From contig CAYMOE010000008.1 in NCBI GenBank assembly GCA_964391985.1, positions 19,090 through 83,089 of the forward strand: DNA of 64,000 nucleotides, written 5' to 3'. Below, piece after piece: positions 8,244 through 15,695 of the stretch (the stretch's first letter is position 1; the number at the start of each line of letters is the position of its first letter). This DNA is from an uncultured Pirellulales bacterium. Its GTDB lineage: Bacteria > Planctomycetota > Phycisphaerae > Sedimentisphaerales > Anaerobacaceae. The notes under the pieces are model-generated. The model did not search any database. It saw only the letters and a program-made list of their open reading frames with translations, and was not told the origin of the DNA. A program made the position numbers and the translations under genes.

Positions 8244-9221
8244 ATGAGATGTCCTCGATGTCAATTTGAAAACATCCCGGGAAAGACACGGTGTTTCAAG
8301 TGCGACTCGATATTAGAAATATCAGCAGGCTCTATTTCTATTCATCCGCCGCGCATGCCTAACTGGAAAAAGCCCGTTCGTAATATTTTCAGAATGTTCC
8401 GCAGACGGCATATTGTTCCTGATATTGAAGTCGGCTTACGATGGGGCAGATATTCTGAATTAGGACGTTATTCGGCTGTTATTTTGGATATTATTCCGGG
8501 ATTGGGCCATGTGTTTCAAGGGTGCTTTAAAAAAGTTTGGTGGTTAGTGCTTTTATGGTGGGTTTTTATAGCATCAGGGATTTATTTTTTCCCGAGTTCG
8601 CTGGGTTTTGCACTATTAGGAATTGGAATCGGAATTCATATCTGGATTATAACGAGGCACAGTCTTTGGAAGGATATTGAAAACTTTAAAAGTAAGGCTT
8701 TTGCGGTGATTGGCCTGTATTTATTTCTTTTATTCGTATATCGTTATAGTCCTCGGATTTTTCTTCCTGTTACCGGAGGATATACGACGTTAACAATACC
8801 TTGGAATAATGTTGAACCGAGCGATTATTTTCTGGCGAGGCGAAATATCAGGCTTGATATGCTTGAACGGGGTTCTTTGGTTTTGATAGAACCGCGGGCT
8901 ATTGGGCGCAGAAATACAACAACCGTTATTGGTCAGGTTGCAGCTTTGCCGGGAGAGTTAATTGCGATTGAGGGCAATTCTTTTGTTATTAACGGTCAAG
9001 TAATGGACAACAGCCGGTATCCGGTACCAAGATGGTTGCATAGAATCAAGATGTCGCTTAATATGGATTCAGATTCTTATTTTATAAGTTTGGAATATAG
9101 ACCCTATGGTATGCCGAACGATGAATATATAAGGCAGACTTGCATATATAAATTTGAGGATATGCGCGCAAGAGCCTTTATGAGGTGGTCGCCAATTAGT
9201 AAAAGGGGAGTTATCGAGTAA
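8244..9221 (+). CDS. Zinc-ribbon / multi-TM protein with a signal-peptidase-I-like (S26 fold) C-terminal domain lacking the Ser/Lys dyad
   Basis: The N-terminus carries CPRCQFEN...CFKCDS, followed by three to four hydrophobic helices. The C-terminal RGSLVLIEP...VIGQVAALPGELIAIEGNSFVINGQ mirrors the S26 GDiVvF...KRViGlPGDtv...l.iNG blocks. However, the SMxPT box reads NNVEPS and the KR of box D reads GQ. Confidence 0.5.
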   Translation: MRCPRCQFENIPGKTRCFKCDSILEISAGSISIHPPRMPNWKKPVRNIFRMFRRRHIVPDIEVGLRWGRYSELGRYSAVILDIIPGLGHVFQGCFKKVWWLVLLWWVFIASGIYFFPSSLGFALLGIGIGIHIWIITRHSLWKDIENFKSKAFAVIGLYLFLLFVYRYSPRIFLPVTGGYTTLTIPWNNVEPSDYFLARRNIRLDMLERGSLVLIEPRAIGRRNTTTVIGQVAALPGELIAIEGNSFVINGQVMDNSRYPVPRWLHRIKMSLNMDSDSYFISLEYRPYGMPNDEYIRQTCIYKFEDMRARAFMRWSPISKRGVIE

Positions 9222-9225
9222 TATA

Positions 9226-9978
9226 ATGGCACGTTTTTCACAACTTGAATTTGGTGATTCTTTGCCGAAGAAAGGCCCTGAGGGTGAGCCTATTCGTAAG
9301 GCCGATTTTTTTTATCAAGAGGCCTTAAAATACTGGTTCGCAGCAAATTTTGAACTTGCTTTACGCAATTTTTCGAGGGTTCTCGAAGAAAATCCTTCTA
9401 TTTTTCCTGCATGGCCATGGCAGATTCTGATGCTTATTGAGCTTGGCGAATATCCGGAAGCAATAGTTTGGGCCGATAAAGCGCTGGAATCTTTCCCTGA
9501 ACATCCTGAATTGCTTGCTCTAAAATCATTGGCATATTGCCGTGACGCGAAACTCGAAAAAGCCTTAGCTTTTTCTGATAATTCTGTTACAAAAAACGAT
9601 GTCACACCAAGAGTTTGGCTTGCTCGTGCCGAGATTTTGCTGCATCGCAAAAGCGCGGTTGCAGAAAATTGCATAAGTAAAGCTTTATCCAGTGCTAATC
9701 AGAATAGCCCGGTAATTAAATTAGAAGCAGCCAGATTGCTGAGGCGTAAACACAAATACTCCAGTGCTATTGAGCATTTAAGCTCAGTTGTTCAGGCTGT
9801 TCCCAAATCTGCTTTAGCATGGTATGAGCTTGGATGCTGTCAGGCTAAGTTGGGATTGAGCCAAGCAAAAGCCTCGCTTGAGCAAAGCTGTCAGTTTAAT
9901 CCCGAATGGGATGAACCGAGGAAAGAACTGTATCGAATTGGGAAAAGATGGTTTTTTAGAAGATTATTTGGCGGGTAA
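9226..9978 (+). CDS. TPR-repeat protein
   Basis: 250 aa with several 34-residue helical repeats carrying the A/L/Y/W...A...F..AL...P signature, for example AWYELGCCQAKLGLSQAKASLEQSCQFNPEW. Confidence 0.7.
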   Translation: MARFSQLEFGDSLPKKGPEGEPIRKADFFYQEALKYWFAANFELALRNFSRVLEENPSIFPAWPWQILMLIELGEYPEAIVWADKALESFPEHPELLALKSLAYCRDAKLEKALAFSDNSVTKNDVTPRVWLARAEILLHRKSAVAENCISKALSSANQNSPVIKLEAARLLRRKHKYSSAIEHLSSVVQAVPKSALAWYELGCCQAKLGLSQAKASLEQSCQFNPEWDEPRKELYRIGKRWFFRRLFGG

Positions 9979-9981
9979 GAT

Positions 9982-11070
9982 ATGAATGTATCATCTCAAA
10001 TGGCTCAATTATTGATATTAGCGAGAAAAGAGAATGCTTCCGATGTTCACATTGTAGCGGGATTGCCGCCGATGTATCGAATCAACGGAGAGATAGTTTT
10101 TGCTGACAGGCCGCCGCTAACTCGAGAGGATACATCGCAGTTAGCAATGAGTTTTTTAAATGAAGAACAGCGTAAGGCTTTTTCGCAGAGCTGGCAGTTG
10201 TGCAGTTCGATAAATGACCCGAATCTCGGCCGTTTTCGAATTTCACTATACTATCATGCCGGCAATCCGGAACTTGCGATAAGGTCGATTATGGACCATG
10301 TCAGAACCCGTCAGGAACTTCTTTTGCCCACCGAAATAGAGGATTTATGCAGATTAAGCAACGGCTTAGTTCTTATCACAGGGCCGACCGGCAGCGGCAA
10401 AACAACAACACTAAATTATATGATAGACCTTATAAATAGTGAAAGACGGTGTAAGATTATTACTATCGAGGACCCCGTAGAATATGTTCATAGGCGTAAA
10501 AGAGCTGTGGTTGTCCAACAAGAGCTATATACTGATGTTAAGAGCTTTTCAAGTGCTTTGATTCATGTTTTGAGGCAGGACCCTGATGTTATCTGTGTCG
10601 GCGAAATGAGAGACCTTGAAACAACTGCAACTGCGCTGATAGCTGCTGAAACAGGCCATCTGGTTATAGCTACGTGCCATACGCCTAATACAGTACAAAC
10701 GGTTGACCGCATTGTATCAATATTCCCCGAAAATCAGCAGTCGCAGGTCTTTACGCAATTAGCTAATTGTCTTAAAGGAATTTTATCTCAAAGGCTGGTT
10801 CCTTCTGTTGATAAGAAAGGTCGGAAACTCGCGACGGAGTTTTTAATGATAAGCCCTGCCGCTAAAAAAATGATTCGTGAACGACAATTACACCAATTAA
10901 CCAGTATTATCCAAATGGGCAGAAAAGCCGGCATGCATACACTTGATGATTCTTTGATTGCTTTATACCAAACTGGCGATATAACTTACGATACTTTGCT
11001 TAGCAATTCGCAGGATATTGTCGATGTGAAATCAAAAATTCACAAACCATCCAGCGAAGATAATTTTTAA
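9982..11070 (+). CDS. pilT: PilT-family retraction-type secretion ATPase (orphan)
   Basis: 362 aa. Walker A is GPTGSGKTTT, the Asp box/Walker B is DPDVICVGEMRD, and the His box is TGHLVIATCHT. The segment AAKKMIRERQLHQL resembles the PilT AIRNLIRExKxHQ motif. Confidence 0.85.
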   Translation: MNVSSQMAQLLILARKENASDVHIVAGLPPMYRINGEIVFADRPPLTREDTSQLAMSFLNEEQRKAFSQSWQLCSSINDPNLGRFRISLYYHAGNPELAIRSIMDHVRTRQELLLPTEIEDLCRLSNGLVLITGPTGSGKTTTLNYMIDLINSERRCKIITIEDPVEYVHRRKRAVVVQQELYTDVKSFSSALIHVLRQDPDVICVGEMRDLETTATALIAAETGHLVIATCHTPNTVQTVDRIVSIFPENQQSQVFTQLANCLKGILSQRLVPSVDKKGRKLATEFLMISPAAKKMIRERQLHQLTSIIQMGRKAGMHTLDDSLIALYQTGDITYDTLLSNSQDIVDVKSKIHKPSSEDNF

Positions 11071-11081
11071 TAGACAAAAGT

Positions 11082-12251
11082 TTATTTTGTCAGCACTTCA
11101 ATTTTCAGCGGATTTTCGAGCATCAGGGCTTTATTTTTGACATAAGTTTGCCATTTTTCTTCGCTGTTGAATTCGGGGGATTTACTCCAGCAGGCCCCTG
11201 TATAATAAGTTATTGAATTTGCATCTTTTAGCTTTGTCAGCAGAACATTCTGGTTATCGGTAACGGCAGACTGATTTCCGGCTGCGGTTTGCGGAAGTAT
11301 CACAGCACAGCCGATTGTACCGTTGTTCGGGTCGGGATTGGCCCAATAAGCCAGCGTTGTTTTATCATCGCTGAAAACCGCATTGCCGCCGTTAGCGGTT
11401 TTAACAATCCCCACAGCCAAAATAACCTCATTTATATCACTGTCGAAAGTGCTTTGAATTTTGTTGAAATTCGAGCCGAGGTCGATGCTTATGCGTTTTG
11501 TTTCACCGGAAATTTTACCGCCCATATCCCAAGGTTTATAAGTCAATTCGAAAATCGAGCGTATCGGCCCGTTCGCGATAATCTTCCACGAAGCGAAATT
11601 TTCCGACTGCAAGACCTGATTTTCATGCCATGCTCCAAGTCCGCCGCAGCCGAGACTTTTGCCGACAGTATAAAAATCGAACCCCATATCGTTATCTGTG
11701 TGATAATACGCATCGCCTTTGGCATAAAGTTTTTCCATAACCGGATATTCAGCCCGTTTGACCCAGACATCGATTCCGCTGCTGGTCATTTCGGTTCTCT
11801 GTAATTCCGGGCCGTACATCCGAAAAGCGATTCTGTCGTTTTCCCAAGCGAAGTCGTCTTTTCGCTGAGGAACGAACATCGCGTTAGTCCGCACTTTTAA
11901 ATCGACATCAGGAGCTTCGCCATTTGGGCTGATTCTAAAAGTTTTACTTTGATTGGCGCGGAAATCCGCCTGAAATATCAGTTCGTCATTTTTTCCGTCA
12001 CCGTTGTTATCAATAGCTTGGGATAAAACGAATTTTTCGGTTTGTTCATCGAACACGGAAATTTCCCCTGTCGTAAATCGAGCTGTTGATGGAAGCTCGG
12101 TCAGATTAACGCTGACTGTCTCATTGATACGGCTCTGGTCCAGAGGGTTGGTAACCTTGATTTTCAATGAATCATCACCGCAGACTGTGATAAAGCTGAA
12201 TGCCGTTAAGATAAAGATGTGCCCGATTAAGCTGATTTTTGAAGTTTTCAT
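11082..12251 (-). CDS. Secreted DUF4861-like protein (pectin/uronate-utilisation associated)
   Basis: 389 aa with a signal-peptide-like N-terminus. The segments AWENDRIAFRMYGP, GIDVWVKR and HTDNDMGFDFYTVGKSLGCGG match my recollection of DUF4861. The GH105 gene is adjacent. Confidence 0.55.
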   Translation of the reverse strand: MKTSKISLIGHIFILTAFSFITVCGDDSLKIKVTNPLDQSRINETVSVNLTELPSTARFTTGEISVFDEQTEKFVLSQAIDNNGDGKNDELIFQADFRANQSKTFRISPNGEAPDVDLKVRTNAMFVPQRKDDFAWENDRIAFRMYGPELQRTEMTSSGIDVWVKRAEYPVMEKLYAKGDAYYHTDNDMGFDFYTVGKSLGCGGLGAWHENQVLQSENFASWKIIANGPIRSIFELTYKPWDMGGKISGETKRISIDLGSNFNKIQSTFDSDINEVILAVGIVKTANGGNAVFSDDKTTLAYWANPDPNNGTIGCAVILPQTAAGNQSAVTDNQNVLLTKLKDANSITYYTGACWSKSPEFNSEEKWQTYVKNKALMLENPLKIEVLTK

Positions 12252-12423
12252 TTTTGACCTTTCTGTTTAAAAGAATGATACTTCAAAGCCCATTTCTAAA
12301 GAAATTATGACCGGGTTATTTTACATCTTCTGCTGAAAAAATGATATGGTTTTTTAGACAGGGCAACAGGCCGTCTAAAATGACATTTTTCTTTGATAAT
12401 TAAATTTAAATACCTGAGTGATT

Positions 12424-12465
12424 GATAAAAAAATGGGCTGACACGGGAGGTGTAATTGTCAGCCC
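12424..12465 (-). terminator. Rho-independent terminator downstream of the GH105 gene
   Basis: GGGCTGACA (12435-12443) pairs with TGTCAGCCC (12457-12465), giving a 9-bp stem with a 13-nt loop. On the minus strand the stem is followed by ATTTTTTTAT. It lies 128 nt downstream of the GH105 stop. Confidence 0.6.
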
Positions 12466-12592
12466 AAACGGATTCATCATCCGTCCTCCAAGTATAAATA
12501 CGATTGGCGTGAAATTCGGTGCTTGGGAAAAGTTTACAAATTTTTAAAGTTTTTTACAGGCTATAAAAGACACCAAGTCAGCGGCGGTGCAG

Positions 12593-13867
12593 TTACTTTT
12601 CAGACAGTGACTTTTCGTACCACAGGGCGGCTCGCATAAGAGCTCCTACCCCTTTATAGTCATTGTCCGGCCTTTCCACTTCGACATAATAGCTGTAACT
12701 GCCGTCACTGCTTAGACTTCCGACTTTGACTGTATCGGTAAACGCTAATTTGCCGTCAGCATCGTAAAAGATTTTATTCGCAAGCAGGCCTTTAAAAGCT
12801 TTGCGTGAGATATCCAGATAGAAATCAGGTTTATCGAGGTATCCTTTTTCAGCGGCTCTTCCGAGGGCATAGGCAAACATAGCCGAACATGATGATTCGG
12901 TGTAATTATCAGGATATTTTTCGCGCGGGTAGCCTTTGTCCACAACTTGCCACCATAGATGCGTTTCGGGGTCTTGATAATACGCAAGGGCTTCGGCAAG
13001 GTCGTTTAAGATTTTAATTATCTGCGGCCGATATGAGTTATCTTTGGGCAGGTAGTCAAGACAATCAACAATAGCCATCGCATACCAGCCGATTGCTCTG
13101 CCCCAAAATTCGGGACAGTGTCCTGTTTCGGGGTCTGCCCAAACCTGCGGCTTTTTGGGCGGGTCCTCGAAGGCCGAGCTATCCCAGCCGTGATACATAA
13201 GTCCTTTGCGGGTCGAGTCATCAGGATAAAGCTGTGTGTCTTGAGTATGCTTTGCGATTAGAGTTAGCTGATACCCGACGACATCAAACCAATTATTCGC
13301 TTGGAACATTTCGGCGTATTGGACGGCAAAAGGCGCGTACATAAACAAACCATCAAGCCACATTTGATAAGGATAGCGCTGTTTGTGCCAGAATCCCCCG
13401 TTGAAAGTTTTCGGCTGATTTTCAAGTTGAACGAGAAGCGTTTCGGCTGCCCGTTTGTATTTTTCTTCGCCGAATTGTTTATACATAGCCAGACAAAGTT
13501 TTCCCGGCTGAATCATATCAAGGTTATAGTCTTTTTGATGAAATCCGATGATTTTACCTTCGTCGGTGAGCATTTCGTCAAGCCAGTTTTTGACCCATTT
13601 GAGGTGAGCAGGGTTTTGCGAGACCTGCCATTTTTCATATAACGACTGAACCATAAATGCATTGTCGTATCGCCATCGGCTTGGCGGATCGAGGCGGATT
13701 ATAAGCTCGGCTATATCGTCGGAAACGAGTTTCTGCGTGGGTTTCGGTGCTGACGCACAGCCGCTGATGAGCGGCAAAAATATTGAAAATAAGGTTAAAA
13801 ACAGCAATTTGTCGTGGCTTATAAGGGCAGAACGTTTCAACTTTTTTATATAATCAAAAGTAAACAT
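12593..13867 (-). CDS. Unsaturated rhamnogalacturonyl/glucuronyl hydrolase (GH105/GH88 family, YteR-like)
   Basis: 424 aa with a lipoprotein-type signal (LPLISGCAS). The segments MWLDGLFMYAPFAVQYA and WGRAIGWYAMAIVD are typical of the alpha6/alpha6-barrel GH105/GH88 hydrolases. Confidence 0.75.
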   Translation of the reverse strand: MFTFDYIKKLKRSALISHDKLLFLTLFSIFLPLISGCASAPKPTQKLVSDDIAELIIRLDPPSRWRYDNAFMVQSLYEKWQVSQNPAHLKWVKNWLDEMLTDEGKIIGFHQKDYNLDMIQPGKLCLAMYKQFGEEKYKRAAETLLVQLENQPKTFNGGFWHKQRYPYQMWLDGLFMYAPFAVQYAEMFQANNWFDVVGYQLTLIAKHTQDTQLYPDDSTRKGLMYHGWDSSAFEDPPKKPQVWADPETGHCPEFWGRAIGWYAMAIVDCLDYLPKDNSYRPQIIKILNDLAEALAYYQDPETHLWWQVVDKGYPREKYPDNYTESSCSAMFAYALGRAAEKGYLDKPDFYLDISRKAFKGLLANKIFYDADGKLAFTDTVKVGSLSSDGSYSYYVEVERPDNDYKGVGALMRAALWYEKSLSEK

Positions 13868-14014
13868 TGCTGCATGATATACGGGCTTGGAGAAAATTTC
13901 AAGTTAAAGCAAAAAATTCATTGATAAGGGGCCTCAAAGCCGAATATAGCTATAAAATCAAACATATTTTTCAAAAACAGGGAGACGTGCAAACTTAAAT
14001 GTTAAGGATTTAAT

Positions 14015-14242
14015 ATGCCGGATTGTGAATGTTTAGAAGGCTGCCCTTACTTTGAGAATGAAGTTCTAAAAGAAATCGACGTAATGGCAAAGATAAGGCA
14101 GGAATAATATTGCAAAGGCGACTACTCCCAATGCGCGAGATATATGGTTTTTAAAGTTTTGGGAAAAGCAAATGTTCCGAGGGATTTGCTCCCTTTTCAA
14201 GTGGAAAAGGCAAAGGCACTAATAGCAAGTTCAGGAAAATAA
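14015..14242 (+). pseudogene. Small Cys-rich ORF interrupted by one in-frame TAA
   Basis: ATG 14015...TAA 14105-14107 encodes MPDCECLEGCPYFENEVLKEIDVMAKIRQE. The same frame continues with YCKGDYSQCARYMVFKVLGKANVPRDLLPFQVEKAKALIASSGK to the stop at 14240-14242. I traced the codons by hand and both halves are in one frame. Confidence 0.4.
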
Positions 14243-14440
14243 TTCAGAACTAAGCTGTATTCGAACTTGCAAAAAAACAATCGCTCAGCAATCATACGAA
14301 CCGCAAACGTCTTTTTTAAACACTACTGTTATTTTCAAACAACGGAGTCAGAAAACTTGTACCGGGTCTATTTCCATTTCAGAACTCAAGATACTGTTGC
14401 GGGTTTTTGAATAACGGATATTTCATTTTACATCCCTGAA

Positions 14441-15106
14441 TCATTTCAACAATTTTTCAAGCAACGGCTTTAGTTTGCGTATTGCATTTCCGCGGTGGGA
14501 GATTGCGTTCTTTTCGTCGGGCAGCATTTGGGCAACTGTTTTATTCACCTGCGGAACGAACATAATCGGGTCATAACCAAAACCGCCGGTGCCTGTCTTG
14601 TTTCGAGCAATAAAACCTTCGAGCTTACCTTGCGTCTCGATAAGGATGTTATCAACACTTGCCAAACATATACTGCAAATAAATCTGGCGGCTCTCCTTT
14701 CAGAGGGTACATCTTTCATAAGCTCGAGAACTTTGGCGATATTTTTGTGGTCTATCAATGTGCGTTCTTTGTCTTTTGCTCCGCTGAAACGCGCACTTTT
14801 TACGCCGGGCTGACCGCCAAGAGCATCTATAACCAAGCCAGAATCATCAGCTAAAGTCCATACTCCGGTTTGCTTTGCATAGCCGAGAGCTTTTTTGCGG
14901 GCGTTTTCAGCGAAGGTTTCGCCGTCTTCTATAACTTCCTTTAAATTCGGAAAATCGGCAAGGCTCAACCATTGGATGTCCGCATCAAGCATAGCGGAAA
15001 GCTCGGCCTGTTTGCCGGGATTAGTCGTAGCAATAAGAATTTTTTGTTTATTTTTCAAAACACTATTTGCCTTGCAGCCTAATAATTTCTTTTTTGATTT
15101 CTTCAA
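14441..15106 (-). CDS. rdgB: Non-canonical purine NTP pyrophosphatase (dITP/XTP pyrophosphatase, RdgB/HAM1)
   Basis: ILIATTNPGKQAE...FGYDPIF-like FGYDPIMFVP...ISHRGNA motifs are present. The ATG at 15106 would overlap the upstream REase gene by 44 nt. The in-frame TTG at 15058 (giving MKNKQKILIATTN) is an equally plausible start. Confidence 0.9.
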   Translation of the reverse strand: MKKSKKKLLGCKANSVLKNKQKILIATTNPGKQAELSAMLDADIQWLSLADFPNLKEVIEDGETFAENARKKALGYAKQTGVWTLADDSGLVIDALGGQPGVKSARFSGAKDKERTLIDHKNIAKVLELMKDVPSERRAARFICSICLASVDNILIETQGKLEGFIARNKTGTGGFGYDPIMFVPQVNKTVAQMLPDEKNAISHRGNAIRKLKPLLEKLLK

Positions 15107-15695
15107 TTACTTCAGGGTTGTAGATTATTTTCTTCTTACCATCTGCTATCGATATTATGTAAAAAACATTTCCGCCATATTTAGCAGTAAATTTCTCATG
15201 AGTACTTTTCTGAAACTGCCGTTCGTTAATTATCTGCGTAATGTAAGCATGGCCTGCCGGTTTTATTTGAATCCCTATATATTTTTCATCTATTTTTATG
15301 AAGAAATCTACATTATAACCTCGGTCCCATGCATCTGGAGCAGGCTCAATTTTAACTCCCAGCTCTGCCTGTAGCTGGCTGTAAATGGTTTGGACTTCTG
15401 ACTGGTAACCATCAAATGTTCTATTAACTACAAGATTAATTAGAAAGTCGATACAATCCTGTTCGGTTATATTCTCAATTTCGGCAAGGCATACTTCGCT
15501 AATTTTAATATATAACTGCCTGCCAAGTTGCTCCAGATGTTCCCTTGGATAGGCGTTTTGATAATAGAATTTCTCCCAATCTTCGGTTGTGCGAGGTGAA
15601 CATTTTCTTATTAACTCTGCAACAGGACCTACTTTGTTTTTGCGCGTTAGTCCCCACCTCATATTAGCTTGATTAAGAATCCATTCTTTAGGCAT
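15063..15695 (-). CDS. Putative type II restriction endonuclease (resembles my recollection of the MjaI family)
   Basis: 210 aa. Its ATG (15695-15693) shares one base with the TGA stop (15697-15695) of the upstream DNA methyltransferase. DRGYNVDFFIKIDEKYIGIQIKP fits a PD-(D/E)xK-like D...(E/Q)xK core. The region is AT-rich relative to the flanking genes. Confidence 0.55.
   Translation of the reverse strand: MPKEWILNQANMRWGLTRKNKVGPVAELIRKCSPRTTEDWEKFYYQNAYPREHLEQLGRQLYIKISEVCLAEIENITEQDCIDFLINLVVNRTFDGYQSEVQTIYSQLQAELGVKIEPAPDAWDRGYNVDFFIKIDEKYIGIQIKPAGHAYITQIINERQFQKSTHEKFTAKYGGNVFYIISIADGKKKIIYNPEVIEEIKKEIIRLQGK

Noticed and set aside
11073-11091. A GACAAAA-GTTTA-TTTTGTC hairpin between the convergent pilT and DUF4861-like genes, considered as a possible bidirectional terminator.
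   Set aside because: The 7-bp stem is almost entirely A/T and overlaps the stop codon of the minus-strand gene. It is too weak to be called a terminator from sequence alone.
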